Shown: positions 35,537-50,781 of the stretch, in pieces
How positions within the stretch are numbered: position 1 is the first letter of the stretch
Layout: each line of letters opens with the position of its first letter
Source of the DNA: Balanoglossus misakiensis
Lineage: Eukaryota; Animalia; Hemichordata
Direction of reading: 5' to 3'
Assembly: GCA_040954595.2 (NCBI GenBank)
Contig: CM082577.2
Coordinates: forward strand, 7,961,846-8,025,845
Length of the DNA: 64,000 nucleotides
Program-made: the position numbers and the translations under genes
The notes under the pieces: generated by a model
The model's database searches: none
What the model was told of the DNA's origin: nothing
What the model saw: the letters and a program-made list of their open reading frames with translations, nothing else

Positions 35537-37350
35537 TTTATCGTGACACATCTTTGACTTGTATGCCGTGTCGCCTTCTTGCCATGATTAAATCAGCAAT
35601 CTCGTTTTTTGTTAGATTTATACTTTTACGGATGAAATGGTCTCACAGACGCCTGTGCACGTCCTAACGGACATGGCACATTCTGACTGCAGCCATGCAC
35701 GCTTCGTTGTTTGACATATATGTCACTGCAGGTCACTGACGGGTCATGTTGCAACACTTTGTTGCCAGGGACGAAGCGTGTAAACAGGCCGTGGCTGTAC
35801 TTCATTTTTGACGGAAAGCGGTACTATTTGTTTTGCGAAGACAAGTCCTTTATGAGCGACAAACACGTTCGGTATAATAAATTATGGATTGGTAACACGT
35901 ATTTAGTGTCCGGTACGCTCTCTGTGGCAGGGTGATCTTTAGCACGTCTGTTCATTTTGCGGTTTTGATTCGCCATCGACAGCCTGGCTTCGAGTCGTTT
36001 AAAACTACAAGTCTTCAATGGTGGGGCAATAGACGCCGGGCCAGGAATTAGGTTGATTCTGATAGAAGCCAAACAGAGACATATAACGGCCGTGGTAGAA
36101 TCGTGTGCGGGGGGGCCGATTTATATACCTCACTTAGTGTTGCGCGACGCCAACAAGATTGACATACATTTGATTCCTTTGTGACTCAGGAAATAAAGTA
36201 CAATCGTTCGGTGTTCCATTGTATTGTTCAGCCAGTGGCTATAGCTTCAAGGTTTGGTTCCGTAGAGAATTGTTATTGGTTATTGCCCATTACAGTACAT
36301 TGCCTGGTGAAACCTCACCTTGCCAGACAGTTCATTTGTTAAAAATCCGATCTCGCCGATAAGTTGTTTGCGGGAGCCGGAATCTGATCATTATTTTCCT
36401 TGAGAAATCACATAGAATCTATGGGATATACTTGTATTGCAAGGACTTACTTGTTTATCTGACTTCTGTGACAGTCGTCGCGCCGAGTTTGTGTTGTAGA
36501 AAGCTACCGACCTTATCCCACCTTGACGGGGGGTCACTCACCCTAGACCGGTTCATCAACCAACCTCCGCCTCCAGCTGGCTGATCGACTACATGTGTGC
36601 CAAAAATCCAAGCAAAAGGCAACAAAATGGTCTGTTAGGATCATTAGTGTATAGCTGCGGAGAATAAGAAATGCTGGGCAAACTAGGAGCTGTGAGACAG
36701 TATGTGAGACATGCCCATGCTTCAATTTTCATGTCACTGACAAAGAAACCAACCGCAAATTATGATTGCATAATGGGGGAGGGGGGATTTCCAACCAGCC
36801 AACAATAGTGCCAATTGTGTTAGATTAAGTTTTTATTTTCTATCAGAAAAAAACAGGCAAACAAATCCTTCTATGAAAACAGAAATGAAAAACAGAGCTC
36901 TTTAGTAGTTTAAATAAAATGTTGTCATACCGTGGCAAATATGTTTGACCACAATGCAATGTGACAACCTGACGAGAGCAGACAGAAATTTCCTTTTACA
37001 AGTAAATTATGTTTTTCCTCATCTAGTTTAAGCGGAAATTAATGACAATATTAATCACACAAGTTGTCAGTTCTTACAGGTAGTGTAAATAAAATCATAT
37101 GTTTGAGACATATTAGATGTGTACCCGATCGCGATGTGAAAATATGTATATCATGTATATGATCAAAGCATTTCAGCGTCTGAACAGAAGGCCAGGAAAA
37201 GTTACACTTCTAAAAAATAACACGAAATGTGATAACGCTTATTCGTTGATTGTCATGCGCAATTTAACCTCTTAAAACTTTGGTAACACCTTGGAAATTA
37301 GGGTCAAATCGGTTTGACTCTGTCCCCGTTCGCTGGTTTCATTGCCATGG

Positions 37351-38243
<893 letters not shown>

Positions 38244-38301
38244 GGCGTCTAGATAGAAACATATATTTAAATTTTGACAAGATTAACGTCAGCACAGGCT
38301 C

Positions 38302-38340
38302 TGATGGTGGTGGTGGTGGTGGTGGTGGTGGTGGTGGTGG

Positions 38341-38416
<76 letters not shown>
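38302..38416. repeat. Compound (GGT)n(GAT)n microsatellite upstream of LITAF copy 10 coding exon
   Basis: Direct inspection. Confidence 0.95.
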
Positions 38417-38417
<1 letters not shown>

Positions 38418-40660
38418 TGATCTCACAGACGCTTTTGCATGTTCTAACGGACATGGTGCATTCTGAGTGCGGTTACGCTTCGTTGCTTGGCATATATTTC
38501 ACTGGCGGGTCCTGTTACAACCACAGACAAATAGAAAAGACAGGTCTGTCTTTTTTCTTTGTATGTAGTTACAACACTTTGTTGCCAGAGACGAAGCGTG
38601 TAAACAGGCCTTGGGTGTACTTCATTTTTGACGGATAGCGGTACTATTTGTTTTGCGTAGACAGGTCCTTTATGAGCGACAAACACGTTCGGTATAATAA
38701 ATTACTGATATGGTAAAGAAGTAAAATTGGCAACACTTATTTGTCCGACACGCTTTCTGTGCCAGACTGATCTTTAGCACGTCGAGGTGACCACCGTCTG
38801 TTCATTTTGCGATTTTGATTCCCATTGGTTGCCTGGCTTCGAGTCGTTTAAAACTACAAGTCTTCAATAGTGGAATTAGGTTGATTCTGATAGAAGCCAA
38901 ACAGAGAAATATAACGGCCGTGGTAGAATCGTGTGCGGGGGCTCGATTTATATACCTCTTATAGTGTTGCGCGACGCCAACATGATTGAAATACGGGCGT
39001 GGTAGTCTCGTGTGCGGGGAGGGTCGATTTAAGCGATTACCTCTTACGTTGCGCAACGCCAACAAGAGTGAACTACTTCATACTTCACGACTCTTAGCAA
39101 ATAAAGTTCAATCGTACGGCGTTCCATTGTTTTGTTCAGCGAATGATTATAGCCTCCAGGTTTAGTTCCGTAAAGAATTGCAATTGGATATTGCCCATTA
39201 CAGTACATTGCCAGACGAAACCTGCTCACTTTGCCAGACAGTTCATTTGTTAAAAATCCGATCTCGCCGATAAGTTGCGGGGAGCCGGAGTCTGTACCGA
39301 TCATTATTTTACCTGAAAAATCACATAGAATCTATGGGATGTACCGGGGTACTTGTATTGCAAGAACTTACTTGTTTAGCCGACTTCAGTAACAACACTC
39401 GCCGTGCCGAGTTTATGTCGTAGAAAGCTATCGGCCTGGTCCAACCCTGACGGGGGGTCGCTCACCCTAGACCGGTTCATCAACCAACCTCCGCCTCCAG
39501 CTGGCCGATCAAATACATGTGTGCCAAAAATCCAAGCAAAAGGCAACAAAATGGTCTGTTAGGGTTATTAGTGTATAGCTGCGGAGAATAAGGAATGCTG
39601 GGCAAACTAGGAGCTGTGTGACAGTATGTACATAGTATGTGTTCATGGAAATATTCGCGATGTCGGACTCTGAATTTGCTTCAGTCGAAGTTTTCTCTAA
39701 TGGCAGATTAATCCCACGCGTAAGCCACCTCATATCATCATTATAGGACTAATAGTTTCAGTTGTTATTAAATTGTCTGAAAATGTTCAGGCCGCTATAG
39801 TGATGAAGCAAAGTCTGTGGTACATGTACTGCGGGACCCCCGAATAATACACTGTCGATATGTAAACATAGGCTATGCTCGCCAATGGCATCACGTGCGT
39901 TCGTGGCACTGTCATGTGGTATGTTAAATATAGGGCTATTTGCCCCCATCTTACATGCTCAGGCAGTAAATATGTAACTATAAGAACCTTTACACAAGTG
40001 GTAAATGTGTTCAATTTTAATAGTTTCTCTGGATAAAAATGTATCATAAATATGCACTCTCCAACAGTGACACGGGCCACAGTCCCCTCCCCCGTTCAAA
40101 ACCATTAAAGTGATCAAATCTTTACCAGTAGCCCGCCGAAATAAAAGAAGATTAGTTTGATTCCACGTTGCAACTTTCATATCTCTGCGCCTCTCGCGCT
40201 GCCTTCTACCATAGACATACACTCAGGCTAAGGTTCTATTTACCACAGGACAGAAAAATGCAGTAGCTTGAAAACTATCCAACCGGGTTAATCATTCGGC
40301 ACTGGCTAAATATTTACTATTTACAACCGATGGGGTTAATATGTCATCATCCCTCAAAACTGGTATCCTTACATGCAAAGGTCGTCCCTGATTCAGATCT
40401 AACACGGCCGCCATATTTGATCAAGTGAGGCATCGGTGGAACTCACATTGTTTTAGACGACGAGGCACCAGACGTACAAGATATAATTTACTACATTCTG
40501 CTGTGGACGTGATTTATTTCAAGTTTTATTGCTGTAATTCCAACATTTATAAGGGTACAGGTGTGCTCCCTTGCATTCTAGTCTAACTGAGCCGCGTATA
40601 CGTATTTTTGTTGATCTGCGGCACCCGTCCCGCCCTGCTGCGCCGAAGAAGTAGAGCAAA

Positions 40661-42021
40661 ATGGACGACATGGACGACAAACCACCACCATATCCCGGAG
40701 GTAACTCAATTTAGATTTTGAAACTTCACAAAATCCAAAGTAGGAGAACATAATTTCGCGGTATTTTTCAACCATTGCGTACATTATGCCAGTCTCATTG
40801 TAGGGTCATGTCACGTTCCGCAGCTCGGGGTTGGCCACAAAACTGCGTCACTGGTATACAGATAACTGCATTTGATTGTCGTCATCTTTGAACCGGATAA
40901 AAACAACATTTCGATGACGCGCTAACGTGTTCCATTTTACGAGTATTTACATTAAACTTCCCATCTGAAACACGTCGAATGTTTTACTGACACCTTTGCT
41001 CAGCTGAGCAGCTCACCAAAAACATCTTGTTTATCATTTTCACAGATACACAGACCGGTCAACAGTCCTCTCCCTTATACAGTCCAGTTCATGACGCTCA
41101 TGGTTACCCACAGCAACCTAATCCGGGGTACCCACAGCAACCCCACACGGGGTACCCACAGCAACCCAACACGGGGTACCCACAGCAACCTAATCCGGGG
41201 TACCCACAGCAATCCAACACGGGGTACCCACAGCAACCCCACACGGGGTACCCACAGCAACCCGTTCCGGGGTACCCACAGCAACCCAATCCGGGTTACC
41301 CACAGCAACCCGTTCCGGGTTACCCACAGCAACCTAATCCGGGGTACCCACAACAACCCGTTCCGGGACACCCGCAACTGTGCGTTCAATATCATCAACA
41401 GCGAACCTTCCAGTCGTACCCACAACCACAAAGCAGTATCCACACGGTGACGGTGGCCCCCGTGCATCAAACGATGGTCTGCTCGCTCGGATCATCACCC
41501 ACGGCAGTGACTTGCCCGAAGTGTCGACAGGTTGTCGTTACCCATGTCGACTCGGAACCCATCATTGTGGCCTGGATAATTTGCTTCGTTCTGTTCATCT
41601 TCGGGTATGCATATGCATATTTAGGCCCAATACTTCAAACTTGTCAGATCATGTCGAGATAGAAATACATATGAATGAATGAATGAATGAATGAATGAAT
41701 GAATGAATGAATGAATGAATGAATGAATGAATGAATGAATGAATGAATGAATGAATGAATGAATGAATACATCAAAAATCATGAATTAAAAAAATATTAA
41801 TAATGACTAAGAATAATTGATTGCATGGTTCAAAACACTGATACAGACATCACTCCATTCTTCCACCTCAGAAGCCAGTCTTGTGATTTCATCAATGTTC
41901 TTCTATCATTTCTCACAGGTTTTGGATATGCTGTTTCATTCCGTTTTGCATGGACACTTTCCAAGATGTCACTCACCACTGCCCGATCTGCAAACACGTT
42001 ATCGGTTCACACAGACGCTAA
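40661..42021 (+). CDS. LITAF-domain protein, copy 11, inverted, with GYPQQP repeats (233 aa; exons 40661-40700, 41046-41604, 41919-42021)
   Basis: [13 protein letters not shown]..., 11 x GYPQQxxx, CPKC...CCFIPF...[10 protein letters not shown]...HRR*. Junctions in frame. Confidence 0.9.
41102..41377 (+). repeat. Coding 24-bp minisatellite, 11 full copies plus a partial one (GYPQQ[PS]xx)
   Basis: Repeated gg(g/t)tacccacagcaacc.. units visible directly. Confidence 0.95.
41671..41768. repeat. (TGAA)n microsatellite in LITAF copy 11 intron 2
   Basis: Direct inspection. Confidence 0.95.
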
Positions 42022-43325
42022 CACTGGACGCTGTTTCCACACTCTGACGGGTTGACACTGTCTTGGTAACGTTTGCCCAAATGTGACGTCAGAGATTGCT
42101 CTCCAAATCGAGGTTGCCCTGGATACTAAAAGAGGGCGCCCTATAAGATCCAGCATACTCATCAGAGCGTGATGGTTTGTCAACAAGCCATGTTACTGAT
42201 TATCAGATTCCCCTAAACGAATGGTGCGCTTGGTTCTAATGTGATCAAACAAAAAGTGACGAGAAATTACAATGGCATACTCTGAATTTGCCATTAAACA
42301 CTATCAGCGATGACACGTTCGCGATAAAACATGGCGTGGTGATGATGTGTGGACCGTGCTTTCGCTCCAGGGGTCGAAGTTCCGCTAATGAATGATGATC
42401 CTAATAGGTTTGACATGTGTCACTATGAATATACGTGTTAGTGGTTGATGGGCACAATCACATCGAATTTCACGCCGTAAATATTTTTCACTTTATTTTA
42501 AGATGAACACTAACCATGTGAAAAGAAGACATGATGATAACGTGGACGTTATACAATGTAATGTACAGAAAAATTATATAATACAGTGGTTTCTTCGTGA
42601 CTATTCTTGATGTTCGTGACATTCAACTACAGCTAAGGAGTCTGACCGATACTCTATATTGTCACACCATAGTCAGACTCTCTAGCTTGGTTAAAATTAT
42701 CCAAGCTAGTCTCTGTATGGAGAATGATCCAATAGTTTACCCCTACCGTAAATAAAATGGGGGATACAATGTGTTTTTACAGAACTCTTGTAAATGTTAC
42801 ACATATATGGCACACGAAATTAGCTGGCCCGGCGTGTCAAGTGATGTCACATAACTCATTGGATAAAGCAGTGAACGTCTTCCTCTTCCGAGGTTTTCCT
42901 TCAATTATACAGTTTGCCATACATAGCCCTGATAGCATGCACACTACTTGAATCATCATTCCAGACTCTCCCCTCCCTCCCTCCCCTCTCCCCCCTCCCC
43001 TACACACACGCTCACACGCGCTTTTCGCAAACTTTCAAAACATTTTGTCTCGAATATGTAAAACATGTACATGAATATATATATATACATTATTGCAGAT
43101 TTAAAAATCTTTAATATGGTCAGCCTGGTGTTGTCAATACCATACTTGTTTTCGCACCCTGTTTAATAAAGAAAACTATCAAATTCTAATGTCAGAATAA
43201 AGGAAACAGTGTCCGTTTACGGGCCTCAAACACAATAACACGTAAATTCTTGAGGCACTCCAAGAGAACAACACTTAATTCCAGCTGGTGTGGTTTGGCG
43301 CGTTCGCCTTCTTTCGTCACCATGG

Positions 43326-44194
43326 TTACATCCTGTTGTACGTGGAGATGACGTTGTTGCAGTTTGGACAGGTGTGAACGCAGTCCTTGCAGACGTCGAG
43401 ACAGAATGGAATAAAGCAACAGCCGAGTCCTAGCCTGTCAGGGGATAGAAAAGGAACACACGAAAGATTATGGATATTTTTCTCTCTTTTTTCCTCGTGT
43501 AATGAGGGAGTAGACTCCAACGGAATTTGTATGATGATGCATGGGGAAAACGAACACACTCCCACAAAATAAGTGTACATCTACGATAGATTCTTGAGAT
43601 TTGTGATGGTTTGTGTGGGTAAACAATTTCGTTTCGTATTCTAAGAAAATGGATGAAAAGAACAAAACAGTGAAAAAGAATGGATTCTCCCAAGTATCGT
43701 CAATCCACGCCATCGTTGAAAAAAACACTTTAGCTATGAAACTGGCCTCATACTACATGCACGTGTAGACAATTGTAGCAAAGGTTAATTTCTATGGGAA
43801 GCCTTGACATCATTTAATGCTCTTACCCGATAAACCAGAGGAAGATGCACGCCAACCAAGTCACCGTTCCCACTTTGTACTCAATGTTTGTTACGATGTT
43901 ATTATTGCAGTGTGGACACGTGCAGGGCTGAGGCACATCCCTGAACATCGACGGGTGGACAATATTCACCCCCGGGGTCGGCTGCCCAACAACCACCGTC
44001 GTATTATGCACGCCAGCTGAAGTCCCCGCGGGTCCGGGGTAGGCGGGCTGGGCCGGTGCGTAAGACGGTGGTGGCGGTGCTTGTCCCTGTCCAGGATACG
44101 CCGGTGGTGGCGCCTGTTGTGGGGCTCCGGTTGGGTACGCTGGAGGCGGGCCAATGGGTTCCGAATACTTCGTGTCGTAATTTGTAGGTTCCAT
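43326..44194 (-). CDS. LITAF-domain protein, copy 12 (158 aa; exons 43827-44194, 43326-43434)
   Basis: MEPTNYDTKY...PPAY x2, PPSY...CTCPHC...GCCFIPF...HTCPNC...YNRM*. Confidence 0.88.
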
Positions 44195-47100
44195 GTTACC
44201 TTGAAGAGGAAAAAATAAGGCCAAGTTGAGAATATTCACAAGTTTCATCCTTTGGTGTGAAGCATTCTAGTCACCGTCGCTAAGTCAGGATAGAAAACGC
44301 TTTAGACATTTCCTGTAGGCTACATGCATCGTATGCGTCAAATGAGCAAACGGAAATTGTTTGAAAACAGGCTATTTGAAATAACGCCATCTTTGAGCCA
44401 AACACCGTTTGAAATTAGCTCAGTGCACTGTACTTTGTATACGTGGCTTACTTCTGAGAAATGCCCTCAAGCGACACAATTATGCCTATGTCCGTGTACG
44501 ACCGCGTCGTGTAGTTGATCACAATGTCCAACACACCCTCAAGAACAGTTGCTATGCCGACAAATGTTCTAAACGAGCGAACGTCGTGCATCATTCCGTC
44601 TGTTCCGTGTGTTCGAAATATTCTATTCAGCTTGACGCGTTGTCAGCATTGCCCAGAGTTGCCATACTTTTTGAAACACGAATATTGTTATGCAAAGTAG
44701 AGTACTACACAAAATAACACTGCATAACAAAATAACCCACACATAGCAGTAAATCATGATAGCATGAGAAGTTTATATGTAGGGCCTACAACACGAGATA
44801 CAGGGTTCATACCTTATCGATCGAAAATATAAACAAACAGAGAAGACTGTTGTTTGAACACGCGACTGTTAGGCCATATCTGGTTTCTCAGGGTTAGTCG
44901 TAATCTATACAGGTGCGCCACAGGTCATTTTTCAATTCCCGGTTTTCGCATAAGTTCGTTTTGCATTGAATGATTATGTTGTTGAAATCTTTTGATTTCC
45001 ATTGATATATGTTTGAAGTTTTTATTAAAAAAGTGATGTGTGCGCGTACTTGTAACTGTCATAGGCCTAATAAAGTAAATACGTTTCCATGGTTAGTATT
45101 GACGTCAGCGAAAGCTGTGACGACATTTCCGAGTTTCCGGGTATTGCAAGTGTTTTACCAGAAGGCGATATCGCTTTCTCTAAGTTTTGTTTGTTTGACA
45201 CACGGAGTGGCGGTGTTTGATTGTGGCCTTGTAATCTATATTAATATTATTTGTTGGGGTGAACGTTCAGCGAACCCGGATCCTAGCAAACATGGCATTC
45301 AGGTCATACATTCTTCGAAAGGTCGTTTCTAACTTTCCTGATGGATTATGCATAATTTATGTATGCGCAAACCTTATGCATGGTCTTTTTTTACAGTTTC
45401 GAACACAAGTTGTTGAGTGACGCTGCACAGAACCAGTGATATTTTCTAACTTTCAACTGGACTTTATAAGCCTTGCGTACCATGTACATGTATACTATAT
45501 CGTTCATATTTACACGTCCCCGCGTAAAGATCGAAATGGTAAGGAGGAAAACAGCACTGCGCTGTGTACACATTGTCGAGGCCGATTTGTGCGTCGGTTG
45601 TGTGAATCATAGCACTGCCATACCGGAGCGTCCGCGATCGATCATAGCCAGAAAGCCGACCAAATACTACTTATATAACCACAACCAGTGGAAGCGAGGA
45701 CTTCTGACTAGTAGGCCCCTGTAGTATAGTCGTTAGTACTGCATTTCTGGAAAGTATCGGAAGACTAGACAGACGAAAAGCAATAATAAAGACCTACCTG
45801 TTGGTTTGGTTGTCAGGTGTCACTGGAGTCACGTTAAGTAAATAGGTGTGACCTACAGAAAGTGGTGACGAAATGTAGATGTTTTAGCAAGTTAACTTCG
45901 ACGTGGACGTGCGTGCTTCGGTCACGCTGTTCGGTGACAACTTACAAGCAAACGAATCTTTGAAGCTGAATATACCCAATCCGAGCATAGCCTCTCAACC
46001 TAATGTGACAAGCTTTGTTTTGGCTTGGCTTTTGTGCCATACCCTACCCGTGAAAACAGTTACGGTTTCGCGTTGACTTTAACACAATGCATGGGCGTCA
46101 GACATGGCCGCGTGAGCTTCATTTTCTCGTGAATGTTTTACGGCACAAGCCAAATATTTGACGACAATACGATCATTCCAACCCTCATCATGACCTCTAG
46201 TTTGATAAATACACAACGACACAAGTCACGGTCATTGCTACCTCAATTTGAGTCCAGTTTGTGTGAAGCGAAACCGGGGGTATTTTGGTCAGTATATGGA
46301 CGTAGCCATGGTCAATCCCCTCCTTCGGAATCATGCAGAGGTCCACAAGCAACAGTTAGTCACCAACAAATTCCCGGTTAATATGTACTATCATTAGTGT
46401 GTTTCTTGTCATTCAAAATGAGGTGTGTTTTTAACAAAAATTTACCTTGTATTATAATCAGTTCTTCGTTGTCAATCAATAGCTCCAACGCAGAAATACG
46501 ATCACCGTCATACAGTCTACAGGGGGCGTCACACCCTAGCTCTTTCATCGCATACCCTCGTGGAACTAGCGTGCTTCGTAATGTTAACGTTCGATTTTAT
46601 CAACCCGTAACTATAATATAAGACTCATCCAGATTATATGTAATGGAAATGTTTTATAAATCAAATTAATGCGGGGTATATTTGCATGAATGTCCCCGTT
46701 TAAGGACCAAACTGTATCACCCACCGATTATCACTTTCTTTCGTTTCCACTATAGCCAAACACATCGTTACGTAACATGTTCTGTATACGACATATCACG
46801 TGGTCATGTAACCTTCAGATTTCAACACCAGCGTGAGACTACACGGCGTCTCAAATACACCTCGTTTTCCCCACATGTAAATGTCAATCAAAGGCAATTT
46901 AAGAGTATTTGCAATTGGAGGGAGAATTACATACTGTGCTACTATGATTAAAAGATTTTGTGACATCTTCACAAAATGTATCTTATAAAAGTAGGCCTAT
47001 TTATGTAAACACAGTCTCTCCACACTTGTTTTCTGAGAGTATATGCACATCGATCGAGATCAGGCAAGGTAGTTAAAAATAAACGTTGCCATAGGGGGCG

Positions 47101-48234
47101 CTCCAACAATGAGTCGAGCTGATAAAACTAGTTTTTTTGCATGCAAGAGAATCATTTCGTTTGTCTATACCAGTGTATTTTGTGATCAATGCAAAGCTTT
47201 GCATGTGTTCTAGAACATGTAGTATTATATATAAGAGATAAGGACACATGCAGTTGCACCATCATGTACAAAATTGCACTCCACAACTGAATTAAAGCAG
47301 TAAATATTTATTAGAGAAAGACAGAAAATGCGATACATGTACTTGATAAATACTTTACACCTGAAATTATCCTTCCATCTCTTTACCAAAACGTTACACC
47401 TCATTGGTTTCAATAACATGATTGCACAACATGTACAAAAGGGATGGACAGATTAAAATTACCAACAGCTGTAACTGTTCACTTTTTCAGTATTTCAGTT
47501 TACAAACACAGCTATACATGGTCAAGCACCAACTTTCATAGTTGGTGGTGGTGACGCGGTGCTGCATGGTACATGTACTAGTACACAGTGAATTTGGTCA
47601 ACTTTGACATTGCTACACAAGTTACTTTGTCTCATGCAGACACTTATTATATAGGAAACACATCTTGATGAAAAATCTGCTCAGCCATATAGGACAATGC
47701 TGTACAACACTATACAATAATTTTACTTGCATGATTCGCCAATCGGCATATCACCAATAGGATTGTCATCAGCCTCTATACATTCAGTTGCTTGTGCCAT
47801 GAAATACTGAGTTGAATAATATATTATGTGGAATTCACATTTAAAAATATCAGAAATCTACTTCTTTGTTAACAGGTGCATTGTGCGATATTGTAACCTG
47901 TGACCTAACAATTAATACTTTTAATGAGTGAATGTGCTAATTGATTGTCTTACTTGATTTGACGAAATATGGTCACATCTCATTATTAAAACCTCTCCAT
48001 TTTCCAGGAGGGTGTGGCAAGCATTTGAAAGACTTTTCAGTCGTATCCCATTTTGTGATCAAATGTGAAAACATCTATTTAAAAAAAGTAACAAAATCTT
48101 GCTTTCAAACGAAACATCAGCCTTCTTACACAATGTATATATACTCAAAAGTTCTACATTGGTATTTTTTTTTTAATTTAAAGATGAGACCACTACTGCA
48201 AACATGTATGTGAAAACAGAGACTTCTGCCTTAA

Positions 48235-48321
48235 CCCTTTCACCACCATGGTTCAGTCCAAACCCATGTTTTTTTCTACAGTAAGGTTGGACCGCCAAAG
48301 AGGGAACTGGGGGTGAAAGGG
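48235..48321. mobile_element. piggyBac-type MITE (~87 bp)
   Basis: TTAA|ccctttcacc...ggtgaaaggg|TTAA. A matching right end gggaactgagggtgaaagggttaa recurs at 62658-62681. Confidence 0.75.
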
Positions 48322-48513
48322 TTAATAGAGGAATGCATATTAATGACGTAACAAAAATGAAAAAAAAAGTTCAAAATTTAATCTTTTCAATTGTCTCCAT
48401 TGTCTTCACACAAATCACTATGAATTGTGATAATCTTGTCTTTGATGACGAGGCAGAGTTTCAACAGCTCTGTATCATCACGAAGTAACAGTTGCAGCGA
48501 CGTCCAGCTGATG

Positions 48514-50781
48514 TTACAAGCGACTCCATGTCCCCAAGACAGCTGAGCAGTTGGGGCATTTATGTACAGCATCCTTGAAGTCGTCCATGCAGAAGGGAAT
48601 CAAACAGCATCCCATATCACAGCTGAGTGGGTTTTAAAAGAGAAATAAATTATATTAGAGTTTGTTACATCATCAAGATTCATCCATCACTTGATGCACC
48701 TCCCTTCGGTGGTGCAAGGAGGGCTGCGATTGGTTACCGACAAAGAAGAACGATCATTCTCAGCCAATGAAACTTGGCGATGCAAATATGCAGGTCTTAC
48801 CCGACAAGACAGCAGACGACACAGGCCAGAAACGCGCAGGTGCCCGACTCAAAGGTCACGTCTGTGACAATATCCTTCTGGCAGTGGGGACACCTGGTCT
48901 GGGCGGGTACACTCGTGAAGCGAGTGACTCCCGCTGTGATGACTGTGGGTTGTGTGATCACCACCGTGCTGGAACTGTGCGTATGCGTTGCCCCCGGTGG
49001 GGGTGGCGCACTCGGTTGGTAGTAGGCTGATCCCGGCGGAGGGTAGCCTGGTGCACCTGGTTGGGGCGGATACCCTGGTTGAGGGGGGTACCCTTGTTGA
49101 GGGGGGTACCCTGGTTGGGGTGGTGGTGCGCCGTAGGCAGCGGGCGGCGGGGGGCCATAGCCAGCGGGTGGAGGCTGTGCCGGGTACCCTGGCTGCATGG
49201 GTCCTGTTGCAAAACAGAGATGTTTACAGAAAGTGAGATTTCCATGAAAGTAGAAAGCAAATTAGCACTAGACATATTAGAACTGCAACATGCTGGGTCA
49301 TGTTGTATCGACTAGTGTTAAGCTATTTTTCTTGCTCCATATTGCCACCGTAAATATTAGATATATATTGTGTATTTCTTTGCCACTGAAAAAAATTATG
49401 TTTCATTTCTCTGGCACAAAATCATAATGTATTTCCTTTTTTAAATTGTGGCAATAAAGAAAGAACGAACAAACAAACGTATCGGAGTACGACCAGGTTT
49501 TTTTAGTTTTCACACACTCCCATTATATAATTATTGTGTATATGTGAAGAATGTGTGTTTGCAGTAAAATATGACCATAGGAAGGAAAATGTACATCACA
49601 ATTACACGCTAAGTTTGAAAAAATAACATCACACACAGCAATGAATATGAACAAAGACATAAACCTACCTCCAGGAGGAAGGGGCGGTTTTTCATCTACA
49701 AACCAAACAAAATATCTGAATTAAAATTATAATATCGAGTCAGCAGAAGTGAATATGATTCTTTCTATGTGGTCGTATATAGGTCCTATTCGTTGAGTAG
49801 CACGCACTTGGCAAGCTAACGGGCCTGGGTTCTGTTTGTTTAAGCCAAAATGACAGGCCAGCACACACTTCACTCACAAAAAGCGTCAAACGAAAACAAT
49901 TTCTATCAAGCCAGTCTATCATGGGAATGGAATAAATGAATGTCTGTATCAGCAATTAATGGATAACATGTATCTCAGAATAGCTCCTTACATTCAAAAC
50001 CATTCAATTTTTAATGAGGACATTGTACCGAGAGTGTAGCATACACTATTGCCAGTCAATGCCCAATTTTTCAAATGAATAGTCTACAAAAAGTATTTTT
50101 GAGATTAATTGTGTGACATTTTCTGTTTTCTTTAATCCATGGGTTTCTACATTCAGAAATGTATGATATATGATATATAGCATTACCCATAAATTCATGC
50201 ACATGTAACAGTCTATGTACATAACAGACCTTAATGTCTAATGTTAGTGTGAGAATGTACAAAAAGCAAATTACAAATCGTTATTGACAGTAATTTAAGG
50301 AAACAGACATGAATAAATTACTGTCAGCTAATCACAAACTAATTTTGCCAAGGACGATGCTACACCATGAAGATTTTCCTGCCTGGAATTTGGGTCAGTC
50401 AGCTGGATGCATTTCTTTTGTGAATTATGGTGGGAGCCAAACCATTACCTGCGTTAAGTTTGTTTGTGCTTGTGAGTAGTGAAATATGTGTACATATTAC
50501 AGAGAACTTTTACAGGTTTAATGAATAGAGACTTAACTGCATTACTGGTCAGTTAAAATTGAAACATGACTAAATCATGACTGAGTCACATGCACACAAG
50601 CAATTATGATTCATGGGTTATTTTTATTGCACTGTAAAGCTCAGGGGGCAATATTTGCATGGTGGATTTCATTCTTGTGCCCTGCCATCTAGATTCACTT
50701 CTATTTTGGGATTTCAACTTGACAGACACATTTCAACTCACCCTGTGTCCCTGGGTATGGCGGGGGTGCTTCATCAGTCAT
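48514..50781 (-). CDS. LITAF/CDIP1-like protein, copy 13, probable ancestral locus (192 aa; exons 50742-50781, 49669-49695, 48801-49203, 48514-48622)
   Basis: MTDEAPPPYPG..., GYPP repeats, PSAP motif, CPHC...GCCLIPF...HKCPNC...WSRL*. Confidence 0.9.

Noticed and set aside
36500-36600. Donor-like GTGAG with upstream ATG (also ~39460) as coding exon 1 of copies 9/10
   Set aside because: ATG AAC CGG TCT AGG|GT is phase 0 and would be out of frame with the downstream acceptor. At most a non-coding exon.
41102-41377. Regular 24-bp repeat as a CRISPR array, or the alternative-frame ORFs (RGTHSN, LLWVPR, GCCGYP repeats) as genes
   Set aside because: There are no unique spacers and the context is eukaryotic. 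The repeat lies in frame within a spliced LITAF exon, and the other frames are by-products.
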